Assembly: GCA_050613775.1 (NCBI GenBank)
Contig: JBODTK010000137.1
Location: forward strand, 372,001 to 436,000
Source of the DNA: Neocallimastix sp. 'constans'
Taxonomy: Eukaryota
Direction of reading: 5' to 3'
Length of the DNA: 64,000 nucleotides
This document shows positions 1 to 13,534 of this stretch, one piece after another. The stretch's first letter is position 1; the number at the start of each line of letters is the position of its first letter. Under the pieces are notes generated by a model. That model saw only the letters and a list, made by a program, of their open reading frames with translations, ran no database searches and was not told the DNA's origin. The position numbers were made by a program, and so were the translations under genes.

Positions 1-298
1 TATTTATTATTCAATTATTTATTATTTATTATTTATTATTTATTATTCGATTATTTATTATTTATTATTTATTATTCAATTATTTATTATTCAATTATTT
101 ATTATTTATTATTTATTATTTATTATTTATTATTTATTATTTATTATTCAATTATTTATTATTCAATTATTTATTATTTATTATTTATTTATTATTTATT
201 ATTTATTATTTATTATTTATTATTTATTATTTATTATCTATTATTTAATTATTTATTATTTATTATTTATTATTTATTGTTTATTTATTTATTTATTG
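1..298. repeat. (TTATTTA)n-type simple repeat
   Basis: Tandem heptamer ttattta with minor variants, read directly. Confidence 0.9.
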
Positions 299-1094
299 TT
301 ATGGTGGTTAATAGTAATAACACGTTTGTCACCTAATCATTGGATAATTGTAATTTTGATCATATAAAATATGTATGGTTCGTCATATTTATTGATTGCA
401 TATATATCAATATATTATTTAATTAAATTGTATTATAGTATTTTAATATTATTAATCTTTTTATTTTTATTTAATAAATTTAATATATTTTTATTTCTTA
501 ATAATAATTAAAGCAATACATAATGGTTAACAAAAAATGAAAAGGATATTACTAATAAATTATGAATATTAATAAGTCAAAAAAAAAAAATATAGTTACA
601 CACTTATTGTTAATAATAATAATAATATTTATTATTACTATTTTATTATTTTTTTTTATTTCATAATAAATATAAAAAAGTAAAAGAAAAAAGAAATAGA
701 AATTTTACTAAATTACAAATGAATAATATTGAATAATATTAATTTGTCATATTATATTCATAATTTATTCAAATATATGTAAAATATATAAAACTTAATT
801 TAACTTTTAAATAACCATTTATTAAATTTATTAATAGTATTTCATAATAAGACATATTTAATATTATCTATTATTAAGATTTGGTAATATAATTATAATT
901 AAGATTTATTATTATAATAATATTACTAAAAAAACATGAAGATTTCACATTTTAATATATTATTATAAAATCATTTATATATATATATATTTTTCGGTCG
1001 AGGAAGGATATATATAAAAAATAAAAATATCCTACTATAGTATAATTTTTTCTCATGTTTTTTTTTTTTAAAGTCTAAATATAATTAATTGTAT

Positions 1095-1126
<32 letters not shown>

Positions 1127-1503
1127 TTAAAAAAAAATTTAAAAAAAATTAAAATAAAAATTAAAAATTGAAAAATAGATAAAAATTAAGGTACTCATTA
1201 AATTGAAATATATTTAAAATAAAAAAGTATTTAAGTCATTTTAATGAATATATAAAAATTTAAATAAATATCATATTTAATAAATAAAAAAGGCCTTTAA
1301 AATATTTTGAAAAATGCTGTTATTTTTTTTTTAATTTTATATTTTTATTTTTGTTTTAATATTAATACTAAATAAAATTTAAATATTTTTTAATTATTTA
1401 ATGTAAAATTTCTTTAATAATAAATATTTATCTTGTTATATAAATTAAGCGATTTTGATATATTTTGTTATATATCATATTTCATAAAGAGATAAATCAT
1501 AAA

Positions 1504-3613
1504 ATGTTTAGAAAAACTACATTTTTGGCCTTATTGGCTTTTTGTCTTTGTATAGTTTCTGCAAAAATAGTTGATCTTGACGATACTAAATTCAAAGAGG
1601 TAAAAATATAATTTTATAAATATAATTAATTTTTCAATATAAAATATTTAAAAATGAAAATGTAATTATATATATTTTTATTGAAATATTAATGATTTTA
1701 ATTCATTATTACTAATTAATAGTTAGTTGGAGGTGAAGTACCATTATTAGTAGAATTTTATGCTCCATGGTGTGGTCACTGTAAAGTAAGTTTCGATAAT
1801 AATATGTTTCATTCTAAAAAATAATAATGATTAAAAAAAGGACTATAATAAATGATAGTAGTAGCAATAATAATAAATAATTTAAAAAAGTATATGATAT
1901 TAATAATGATATTTAAATATTTATTATTAAATATATATTTAAAATGGTAGAATTTAAAACCAACTTATGAAGCACTTGCAGATTCCTATGACCACGTTAG
2001 TGAAAAGGTTATTATTGCTAGAATTGATGCTGATAAATTCCAAGATATTCGTAAAGCTGAAGGACTTAGAAGTTATCCAGTAAATTTATATGCTACATAT
2101 ATATTAACTTTGATATAAATCAATTAAATAATAAAAAATCATCAAACATAATTCAATGGATTTTATTATAATTATAATTAATATATTTTAACTTTTAATA
2201 TATTAATACATATATTAAAAAAATAAAATAAATAAATAAAATAATTAGACTATTAAATTATTTATGCCATCTACAAAGGAAGGTATTGAATATAAAAAGG
2301 AAAATACTTTAGAAAACCTTATTAGTTTTGTTGATGAAAAGACTGGTTTAATCGGTAAGCCAAAGAAGGTTGAGAGTTTTGTAGTTGATCTTGATGAAAG
2401 TAATTTCGATGAAGTTGTTGGTGATCCAAAGAATCATGTTATGGTAAGAAAAAAAAATCTTTAATATTGTATTTTTGTTAATTATTTTTATTTCTTTTAA
2501 TTTAACTCATATAAAATATGTAATAATAAAATAAATATAGGTTTTATTCTATGCTCCATGGTGTGGTCATTGTAAGAAATTAATGCCAACTTATGAAAAG
2601 GTCGCTAATACATTCCACAAAGAAAAAAATATTATTATTGCAAGAGTTGATTGTCCAGCTAATGATAGTTTAAATACAAGGTAATATAATTTTCTTAATG
2701 AATTTAATTTATTCAATAATTCATAATAATGTATATAAATTCATATTTAAAGTATTATTTAAAACCTCTAAATTAATTATTATTTAAATTTATATTTATA
2801 TTAATTTTGATATTTATATTTATATTTATATTTATATTTATATTTATATTTATATTTATATTTATATTTATATTTATATTTATATTTATATTTATATTTA
2901 TATTTATATTTATATTTATTTTTATATTTATTTTTATATTTATATTTATTATTTACTATTTATTATTTATTATTTATTATTTATTATTTATTATTTATTA
3001 TTTATTATTATTTATTATTTATTATTTATTATTTATATATATTTAAAAAAGATACCGTATTGGAGGTTATCCAGTAAGTATTCAATTTAAAAAATTAAAA
3101 TATCATAAATATTCAGTTATTAAATATATATGCATTTTCATGATTGTTTAATTTTATTACATAATAGACTGTTTACTTCTTTGAAGCTAACAAACGTAAT
3201 GAAAATCCAGTTTCATATTCTGAAGGTCGTGATGAAATAGTAAGTATTATAATTATACTTTGAAATAATAATAAAAAAATAATTATATATAAAATTTAAA
3301 TATAATATAAGTATTTATATTAATTTATATTTACTTTTTCACAAAAAATTAAAAAAAATAAAAAAAAAAATAAAAAATGAAATGAAATGAAATGAAATTT
3401 ATATATATATATATATATATTAATTTAAATAAATTAAAATTTCAATTAAGACTTTCGTAAGATACTTAAATGAAAAATGTGGTACTCATCGTCTTCCAGG
3501 TGGTGGTTTAGATAACTCTGTAAATATTTATAATATTTTATTTACTAATAACTCTTAATAAAATCAATTTATATTAAATTTATTATTATTATTATATTTT
3601 CTAAAATTTATAA

Positions 3614-3646
<33 letters not shown>

Positions 3647-4310
3647 ATAGGCTGGCAGAGATCCGGAAATTGATAAATTAGTTAGAAAATATATTTTAAC
3701 TGATCACCCAGTTGAAAAAAGTGATTTAAGAAACTTTATTCGTAGATTCTCAATTGATAAAAAGGATCGGTATGTATATTTATTTTTCTAAAATAATAAT
3801 AATTTTAATATTAATAATATTAATAATAATATCAATGATGATAATAATAATAATTATAATAATAATATTATAATAAAAAAGATAATTAAATGATAATGAT
3901 AATAATAAATATTTAACTAATTTAAAAAAAAAAAAAAAAAAAAAAAATTGAATTTTTATATATATTAATTATTATAAATCAATGCTTATCATTAATCTAG
4001 TTCAACTCAATTCTATTTCAAGATAGTTGAAAAAATTGAAAAGAATGGTAGAGATTTCATCTTTAAGGAATATGAACGTGTTAAAAAGATTCTTGCTAAA
4101 CTTAAGGTTGAAGAACAATTCTATGATGATTTCAAGACCAGATTAAATATTTTAGAAGTTTTTAGAAGTAGTGCAAATGAAGCTATTGAACTTGAAAAAC
4201 AAGCCTCTAAAGAAGGAAATATTCCACCAAAGCCAGTTACTTCAGATATTCCAGCTAGTACTACTTCTGAAGCTTCAGAAGCTACTCCAAAAGCACATGA
4301 AGAATTGTAG
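1504..4310 (+). CDS. Protein disulfide isomerase, ERp38/TigA-like (two thioredoxin domains plus helical C-terminal domain), ~404 aa, 10 exons
   Basis: Exons 1504-1599, 1723-1785, 1951-2079, 2249-2443, 2541-2680, 3052-3073, 3168-3239, 3451-3519, 3651-3769 and 4001-4310 join in frame with GT-AG ends. Hydrophobic signal peptide (MFRKTTFLALLAFCLCIVSA), two FYAPWCGHCK active sites, a YLNEKCGTHR motif, and a C-terminal HEEL ER-retention signal. Confidence 0.93.
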
Positions 4311-4414
4311 AGGAGAAATAAAAAATATATATATATAAATAATAAATAAATAAAATAAAAATAAATAAATAAATAAAATATGAAACAAACAAATAGATTA
4401 AATTAAATATTTAG

Positions 4415-4448
<34 letters not shown>

Positions 4449-4872
4449 AAAAAAAAAGAAATGTAGTATATTTATAAAGTAAATTAAAAACTATTAATAA
4501 TAAAATAAAAAAAAAATAAAAAAAAATAAAAAAAAAAAAAAAAAAAAAGTAAAAATTTTACAAATTTTTATGTTTATTTATATTATAATATTACTATTCA
4601 TATGATTATATTTACTATTTATATCATTACTATTCCAGAATTGAATTTGTTAAATAACCCAGTTAGGTGTATAATAACGTTGTAAATTTAAATATATTTA
4701 TTTGATTAGTAATATTATAACAGTGTAACGTTAAAATTTTAACAAAAGGTTAGATTATTATAGAAAGAGTATTATAAATAGTATGTAAAGAAAAAGTTTT
4801 AAAATTTGCGATAATTACAGTTGTAAAAAAAAAAATATTATTATTATTAACAATAAAATAAAATAAAATAAA

Positions 4873-4923
<51 letters not shown>

Positions 4924-4994
4924 TGACACATTACTTTTAAATGAATAAGTCATTCTTAATTCATCATATTATACTTAATATAATTTTTAAATAA

Positions 4995-6652
4995 TGTTAG
5001 ATGTAATTATTTATTATTTTTACTATAATTTACATGTACACATAATCAAAAAGACATATCAAAGATGCATCTCTTCTTCAATCTATTTCAATCTATTATA
5101 CCTTTTGCTATTGGCCAGCAGTGGTCTTTGCTCAATAGGTTCAAATCGAATCCTATTACTACCAACAGCGTCAATGCTGAAGAAACAGTAAGACAGGCCA
5201 GCAGGGCTAGCGCAACCAATGAAGATCATAATTTCGTATCTTAAAATTATGATTAACATTGACAAGTCAAAAATAATTATTGTACTATAGTATAATTATT
5301 GTATTAAAGTATATTTACTGTACTTTAGTATAATTATTATACTATAGTATAATAATTCCCTTGTGAAGTCTTATTAATGTTAATTAAATGAAACTAGAAT
5401 ACATTATACCATTATTTTATTTTATTTTGTGTTTTTTTTTGTTTATTCTTTTATCTTTTTTTCTTTTTATTACATGTATTTTATTAGCTATTTAATTAAT
5501 AAAGATGAATCAATTTTTTTGCAGCAGTTACAAAAAAAAAAAAAATATCTAATTCAAAAAAAAATATAAATAAAATAAAATAAACACATGATACAATATA
5601 AAATATCATTTCTTATTTTTTTTAAGTGATATATATAATAGATTAAGGATCTTACTGACTCAATCATTCATTAATAATTATTAATATCAAAATTCAATAT
5701 ATAAAAATACTAAAAACATCCATTAAATATTAAAAAATAAAAAAATAAAAAATAAAAAATAAAAAAAAAAAAAAAAAAAATACTAAACCGTTACATTAAA
5801 ATGGTCTATATCAGAAAATTCAACAACGACGATAGGAAGTTCTTTAAAAACTTCAACAAATACAAAGACAACAAACATATTAAATACAGCAAAGACAACA
5901 AATACATCAAACGCAAGAATGAATGATATTCCTGTTGAAGTAGAACCTCCAAATATTCAAACAAATACAACTAATAAATTTCATTTTCAAAATTTTTAAA
6001 AATTACAAATAAGAAACTTTAACAAATGGTATTTATATTTTGAAATTATTCCTTAAGTCAAGGAAAAATTAGGTGATTATATATCAAATAATATTAATGA
6101 TACAGATATGAATTAAAAAACACAATAAAGTATGATAGTACCTTCAGAATTATAATATTGAGCAGCCTTGACGAATATACCGAAAGTCTAACCCTAGTAT
6201 CCAATGGAAGGATTACATACCCAAATGGGTAATCCGATTAGATTTTACAAAAAAGATATATACAAAAGAATATATAAAAATAATAATTTTTCTATTGGGG
6301 AAATGTTTTTATACTCCAAACATATAAAATAATTTAATTTCCACTTATTACCTATGTAAAAAGGGTTTTGAATTAGTAATGGACAGGTGCAACAATAAAG
6401 AAAAGACTTCAGATATTTAAAAATAATAAACAAAATATTACCATCAATACAAATGATGAAAACCTTTTTACTTTAAATAGATGTCCAATAAAAGAAATAG
6501 ATTATAATATAAACAATATTGATCTAAAACTATAGAATGCTATATTAGATCATTATTATAATTAAAATTTTCAAAAATTTTTTAGAAAACAAATAGCATT
6601 AAAAAAGAATAGAATGATAATATAAATTGTGAAGATTTCAAAATTAGTAAAC

Positions 6653-6701
<49 letters not shown>

Positions 6702-6990
6702 CATTTAAAGAAACAAACAACTAGAGTACTTTACCATAACAAATCGTACATACTAATATTGTTGGACTATTTAAGTCTGTGCCATCATTCATTGGATACA
6801 AATATTATATAACATTTATCAATAAAAACAGTAGAAAGTATTGGGTTTATTTACTTAAATATAAATCTGAGGTAGTACAGAAATTTATTGAGTTTCATAA
6901 ACTTATGAAAAATGCTTGTTATTACAACATAAAGGAGTAAAAACTGATAACTGTTTAGTAGAGAACAATAACTTTAATTTTTATAAATTA

Positions 6991-7026
<36 letters not shown>

Positions 7027-7095
7027 AATCACATCTAAACATTCTCCATCAAATAACCCTCAATAAATTGATCGTAATGAAAGGATTAATTAAAT
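4995..7095 (+). mobile_element. Degenerate Ty1/copia remnant (LTR interrupted by a LINE fragment, PBS, gag-like and integrase fragments)
   Basis: Probable LTR TGTTAG (4995) to TAATA (5640), followed by GATTAAGGATCTTA, a decayed form of the PBS seen at 62738-62751. Gag-like NFNKWYLY segment near 6015-6085. Integrase-like VHTNIVG..GYKYYITFINKNSRKYWVYLLKYKSEV (~6745-6905) and NGITSKHSPSNNPQ..RNERIN (~7022-7090), with stops and frameshifts. Confidence 0.7.
5067..5545 (+). mobile_element. 5'-truncated LINE (family C) 3' end
   Basis: Closely matches 47590-48024 (ORF end ..QASRASATNEDHNFVS*, 3' UTR, AATAAA, poly(A) at ~5532-5545). Confidence 0.9.
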
Positions 7096-7103
7096 ATTAG
7101 ATA

Positions 7104-7951
7104 ACTAAACTCTCCCCGGATTCATCGTTTATTGAACTACTAATGCGAGATTCATCCTTCGTAGAAATAGATGACGATTCTGTATTATCATTATGCCTTA
7201 TTAGTACGATGTCGATGCTCTTGGTTAAGTTTGGTAATTTGGAATACCTATCAAATAATAGCTTAAACGAACTACTTATGATAGGTATTACGCTAGTTAA
7301 GAATTCCGCCAAGCCCACAATTTTTGGAACAGGTGACTCAGATGAACCTTTGAAAAGTAGTTCATTTAATTGTCTCTGTTCCCCACTATCGAAATGTAGC
7401 TCTTTAAAGCTAAAGTCCCACCATGAAGGAACAAGTATATATAATGATTGATATAATCTTCAAAATTAGAAATAGAGTCATAGGAAGAAAGAGCATTAAA
7501 CACTCTAATCTTCCTAAGGAATAAAACATAGAGATCATCGATGAAATTTAAAGAATTCCATCTAAAAGATGCAAGAACATCGCATTTAAAAATCCAATGT
7601 TCAAAAGATTGATTACCTTCGCCACAACAGGGGCAAGACTTGGGACAAACTTCTGAAACTCTACCCATTCTAATAAAAATAGTAGTATTATATTTATAAC
7701 CACAGTGTAAACGTATAATCCACGAAAACCCAAAGTTGAATTGGGGATATTTTAAGCTAAGCATAATTATAGCTTTATTGTTTGAGAAGTTATTACTATA
7801 GTAGTTTTGACCTTTAATACCTTGAAATTTGGAAACTGATTTCCAGTAACGTTCTAAAGCATCGTCATATATTATATATTTATATTTTTTGATTTTTTTG
7901 TACAAAGTTCTAGATTCTTTAGTCCAGGAATAATAAGGCATTTTGGGAATA
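7104..7951 (-). mobile_element. Internal fragment of LINE family B (zinc-knuckle/C-terminal region)
   Basis: ORFs 7366-7941 and 7097-7318 are near-identical to the C-terminus of 39744-42356 (CPCCGEGNQSFEHWIFKC). Truncated at both ends, with a frameshift. Confidence 0.93.
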
Positions 7952-8190
7952 AAATAAAAATAACGAAAGGAAAGATTCCTTACTATATAACAACTAAATA
8001 ATGGAATGATTTAATTAAATTAATATATATATATATATATATATATAATTGCATATTAATTTAAATAAAATTAAAATAAATTAATATCCTAATGTTTGCT
8101 CTTTATTATTATTATTATTATTTACTCTACTATAATATTTTATATATATTGTTTTTAAAAAAATTATTAATATATTTTTATAAATTCCTA

Positions 8191-9396
8191 TTTTTTTTTT
8201 TTTTTTTTTTTAGACTAGGAAGAGAATACACTTCCAGTGCTTTATTAAATAGATTAAAACATTTTTATGTATTACATTTAATTATAAAAAATACATTATA
8301 TAATTAAAAGATAAAAAAAATAAAATATATGTAAAAGATTAAGTAAAATAAAAAATAATAAAAAGTTAAGAAATATCAAATTTTAATTAATCAAAGAAAA
8401 TTTAATGTAATAAAAAATAAAAAATAAGTTCAAGAGTTAAAAAAAATTCGGTGTGATGTATAATATGTGTAGTAATATGATTACCAGTTAAATCTAAAAT
8501 AATAAAACAAAGAAATAACATCTTTAAAATAGATAGTGTGGTACCCACTAAACTCTCCCCTGAACCACAAGAATGATCATCAAAAGTTGAATTATTTATT
8601 ATAGGTTCTGTGCTATTAGTTAATGTGTATTGATGAGAATTAACAGGACTTCTATTTTTTTTTTTTTTTTTTTAGACTAAGAGAATAACTTTATTTAATT
8701 TATAATAATAATAAAATTTCATGATTTTAAAGGAAAAAAAAATAATAATAATAAAATACATGAAATAAAATATTATATATTATAAAATTATAAAAGTGCG
8801 TTAGAAGCAATAGCCTCTAATTTTTCCCATTCATCGATGATAACACCATGTCTGTTGTTACGAGTAATAATATCAGAATTAGTATTATCTAACGAATCTG
8901 TATTTATTTTTTCACCGGGAGGTGAAAATCCATGCCTTATCATTTCGATGTCAACGCTCTTGGCAACGGTAGATTCAACGGAATACCATTTCATCATCAA
9001 ACTAAAAGATCGACAAATTAATGGTATTACGTTTGTTAAAAACTCCGCAATTCCCACAAAATAAGGAACAATCGACGAAGTTGAACTTTGTTTAAAAATA
9101 TTTTTAACTAATTGTCTTTGTTTCCCATCATTAAGTTTAATTTTTTTATATATTGAACGCCCACCAAGGAGAGCACTCAATATAAAATAATAAATATTAT
9201 TATCATAATCCTTTTCTGAATCTAAAGAAACATTCAAGGATTTTTGTTCAATTCAACAGGACTTCTAACTGCACTATTCCTTTGCCATATCGGTACGCAC
9301 TCTTGGTAATGAAAGTGCTAAAACTCTCAAAAAATAACTCAAGAGAGCTACTGACAATTGGTATTGTATTAGCAAGATATTCCGCAAGCCCCACAA
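8191..9396 (-). mobile_element. 5'-truncated LINE (B-related family D) containing a nested LINE; 12-bp TSD
   Basis: Poly(T) from 8191 and the 3' terminus GGAAGTGTATTCTCTTCCTAGTCT on the minus strand. 9268-9396 encodes IVGLAEYLANTIPIVSSSLEL. TSD TATAAATTCCTA at 8179-8190 and 9397-9408. Confidence 0.85.
8655..9254 (-). mobile_element. 5'-truncated LINE (A-related family E) nested in family D; 13-bp TSD
   Basis: ORF 8788-9237 resembles the family A C-terminus (LLGG..FVGIAEFLTNV..GVIIDEWEKLEA). Poly(T) from 8655. TSD AACAGGACTTCTA at 8642-8654 and 9255-9267. Confidence 0.9.
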
Positions 9397-10017
9397 TATA
9401 AATTCCTATTTAAAATTAATATTTAATTTTTTTTATTATTATTATTATTAATCTATTACATTATTCTACTAAAAAATAAAAAGTTAATAATGTACACTAA
9501 ACTTAAAATGAATTAATATTTTTTTTTTAGTATTTTTTATTTTTTATTTTTTATTTTTTTATTTTTTATTCCTTTATTCTTTATTTTTAATTTTTTTTTT
9601 TAATTTTTTATTATATATGCATACATATTTTTTTTAAATAATTTGTTGTTATTTTTTTTAATACTTTTTTCATTTGTAAAAAAGCTTATAACAACTAAAT
9701 AATGGAATGATTTAATTAAATTAATATATATATATATATATTTAAATAAAATTCAAATAAATTAATACCCTAATGTTTGCTCTTTATTATTATTATTATT
9801 ATTATTATTTACTCTATTATAATATTTTATATACTTAATAATATATTTTTATAAATTCCGATATAAAATAAATATTTACTTTTTTTTTTTTTTTAATATT
9901 CTATTAAATCATTCTACTAAAAATAATAAATTAATAAAATATACTAAATTTAAAAAGAATTATTTCTTTTAGTTCTTTTTTTAATAAAATATACTAAACT
10001 TAAAAAGAATTATTTCT

Positions 10018-10049
<32 letters not shown>

Positions 10050-10134
10050 TAAAATATACTAAATTTTAAAAGAATTATTTCTTTTAGTTTTTTTTAAAAA
10101 AAAGTTTTTATTTTCTCATAAATATAAGCCCGTT

Positions 10135-11568
10135 TTAGTTAGTTAACTTTTCCTTTAACATGTTTTCTAATTTACATTGGTCTTCACCAAACTTTCTAAT
10201 ACCTTCACTTAACTTTTCAGTAGCCATAGTATCTTGGTTCATGTCCCAACGGAAAGCAGCTTCATTCTTGATGTAACTAACACGTGGAAGATCCATAGCC
10301 TTAGCATCCTTAACAGTTAACTTTGGTTCTAAAGTTTCCTTTGATTCTTGTAATTCAGAAAGAAGTTTTGGAGAAATGGTTAAGTAATCAACACCAACAA
10401 GTTGTTCAATTTCACCAGTGTTACGGAAAGAGGCACCCATAACAATGGTCTTGTAATCGTATTTCTTGTAGTAGTTGTAGATCTTTTGTACAGAAATGAC
10501 ACCTGGATCTTCAACAGATTCAAAAGTCTTACCAGTGTTCTTCTTGTACCAGTCAAGAATACGACCAACAAATGGTGAAATTAAAGTAACCTTAGCTTCA
10601 GCACAGGCAACAGCTTGTGGGAAACCAAAGAGAAGAGTTAAGTTACAGTGAATACCGAATTCCTTTTCTAATTCTTGAGCAGCTTGAATACCTTCCCAAG
10701 TAGAAGCAATCTTAATTAAAACACGATCCTTACTAACACCTTCTTCTTCATAAAGTTTAATTAATCTCTTAGCCTTTTCAATAGTGGCTTCCTTGTTGAA
10801 AGATAACTTAGCGTTAACTTCAGTTGAAACACGACCTGGAATAACCTTTAAAATTTCACAACCAAAGTTGACAATAAGTTTATCAGCAGCCCAAGCAATT
10901 TGTTCTTCAAGATCACTACAATTTTCAATTATTTATTTTGTTATAATAATAAATATTTTATATTATTAAAAAATATAAAAAAAAAAAAAAAAAAAAAAGC
11001 AAAAAGGAAAAAAATTTTTTCGTTAATTCTATATTACTTCACTTATTCCTTTATTAATTTTTATAAAAATTTCTATTTTATTTTATAATTTATTTATATA
11101 GTAATTTTATTTTATTTTATATTTTATGTAATTTCTATCTTATAATTCACTTCTTTATTACTATTATTTAATAATTCACTTCTTTATTACTATTATTTAA
11201 TAAATATTATAATTTCTTATTTATTTAATTATTTACTCTGACTTAGACTTAGCATAACCTATAGCATTGTCAATAAGGAATGCATACTGTTCCTTTTGAG
11301 AAGCTTGAAGCATAAGAGATGGGTTTGTAGTAGCATCTTGTGGCTTAAATTGAGAAATAGCTATTATTAATATATGAAATTACATAAGCATACCAAAAAA
11401 TATTAGTACATATAATAATAAATTATTTTTTCATATATATTATTATTAAACATATTTTAAATTTCTAACTTATAAACTATTTTAGTAATTTAATTTTTAT
11501 TTTATATTTATTAATAAATATAAAATTTTATTTATAGTAAAATATTAAATTTAATACTACTATATTTC

Positions 11569-11616
<48 letters not shown>

Positions 11617-11756
11617 CATATTTCTATTAAATTTTAATAATTATTAGTTGAAAATAACTTTTAAATTCATTCTTATTAATTCTATTGTGTACCTTCAAAG
11701 TCACCAGTATCGGCAACAACGGTAGTGTACTTTTTAAGTTGTTCAAGAGCAGACAT
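10135..11756 (-). CDS. TAL1: Transaldolase, ~322 aa, 3 exons
   Basis: Exons 11756-11693, 11360-11237 and 10915-10135 join in frame. Motifs [42 protein letters not shown] and MGASFRN. Confidence 0.96.
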
Positions 11757-13483
11757 TTTGTTAAAGTATTATTATTTTTTTTTTTTAATTAATCTATTAT
11801 TAATAAATAAAGTTATATTTTTTATTATTCGCAAAGAACAAAAAGTGAAGTAAAAATTTATTTCTTTTATACTAAAAAAAAAAAAAAAAAAAAAAAAAAA
11901 TTACATAATTATAATTATGATAAAATAATATATTATTAAATTAAAAAAAAGTAAATCTAATATCTTCATAAATGATTGGTCGATATCTTAAAAATATTCT
12001 AAATTTTATTTACTTTTTTTTTTAATTTGTTTTCTTTTTATTCAATAGGCAATTTGGTCTACACTAATTCTAATTCCTACGTTGGGTGATTGTGGTAGAA
12101 ATAAAGTTTAATATAATAATGTATCAATTTATTAATTTCAAAATATTTATTAAATATTAAAATATATTGGGTATAAAATATATGCAATGTAGTACAATAA
12201 TATAATATTCTAATATATTATATTTAATATTACAATATATGGTATTTAATTGAAAGAATACAAAATTAATTATAAATAATTAATAAATAATTGATAAATA
12301 ATTAATAATAAAACAAATCAAGAAAACTAATCTTAAAATTGTCAATTTGGTTAATTAATAAAATATTAGGACCCATAAACAATGAAAGCAATAAAAGAAT
12401 GAAAAAAAATAAAAATAAAATAAAAGTTAAGAATAATGAAAAAAAAACAAACAATATAAATCATATAAATCATAAATAAAATAATTAAAAAAGTCATTAG
12501 AAAAATGAATAATGAAAATCATTAAAAGAACAAATAAACAAATATAATTAAAAAAGGGGAATTTTCTATTATTTTATTATTTTTATAATTTTATTATTAT
12601 ATTCTTTTGTAATTTAATTATTTAATTATTTAATTATTTTATTATTTTATGAAACATTTTTTAATATTTATAATATATACTTATTTTTTGTTATTCAAAA
12701 AAATAAATTTATATTAAAAATTTTTTAATAGTTTAAACATCTTTAATATTATTTAATTATCAAAATTAGAATTTTTTATCAGTCATTCTGGGAGACAGAA
12801 AACGGATATTTTTTTTATAGATTTAATAGATTTAACAAGAAAATCTATTTATTAAAATTATAATAAAAAAATTATTTCAACAAAGATAAATTTGTCAATA
12901 TAAAAAAAAAAAACATTAAACAATTGTTGTTGTTGCTATTTCTGTTTAAATTTAATAAAAAAAAAAAAAAAAAAAAAAGATATACAGAAAAGAAATTTGA
13001 AATTAATATAATTAATTATAACACATTTGAAAGACACATAAAAGTCAAAAATTCAAAAATTTTATCAAATATTATACTGTTTTATTAATAATTGTTATTT
13101 AACTAATTAAATAAAATATCTTAAATTAATGTTTAGTGTAAAATAATAATAATATGCATACATATATATTAATAAAAAAAAAAAAAAGATGATTAGTAAT
13201 TAATCTTTTTAATTAAATAAAAAGTGAAGTTTTTTAGAATATATGAGGTTTTTAATTTAATTGATTTAATCCTATTTTAACAATTGTTGATAGTGCATTT
13301 ATAGTATTATTAAAAAAATTTATTTATCCTTAACTATTGGAGATAATCGATATATGAGGCGCATTAAATAATATTGTATTAATAAAGTTGATTTTGTAAT
13401 AGTAATTTTTTTTTTTACAAATTAGTATATATATAGTTTTAATTAAATTTTAGTTAAAAAAAAAATTAAAATAAGATAATCCT

Positions 13484-13534
<51 letters not shown>

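Noticed and set aside
2807..3046. ORFs of poly-IF, poly-I, poly-N or FIYL type (also 22506-22691, 32193-32421, 52142-52552, 63369-63720)
   Set aside because: Translations of microsatellites, two of them inside introns; no coding signal.
11973..11980. CCAAT boxes and CACGTG motifs upstream of genes (also 49875, 49655, 15802)
   Set aside because: Plausible promoter elements, but too short to support without conservation or TSS data.
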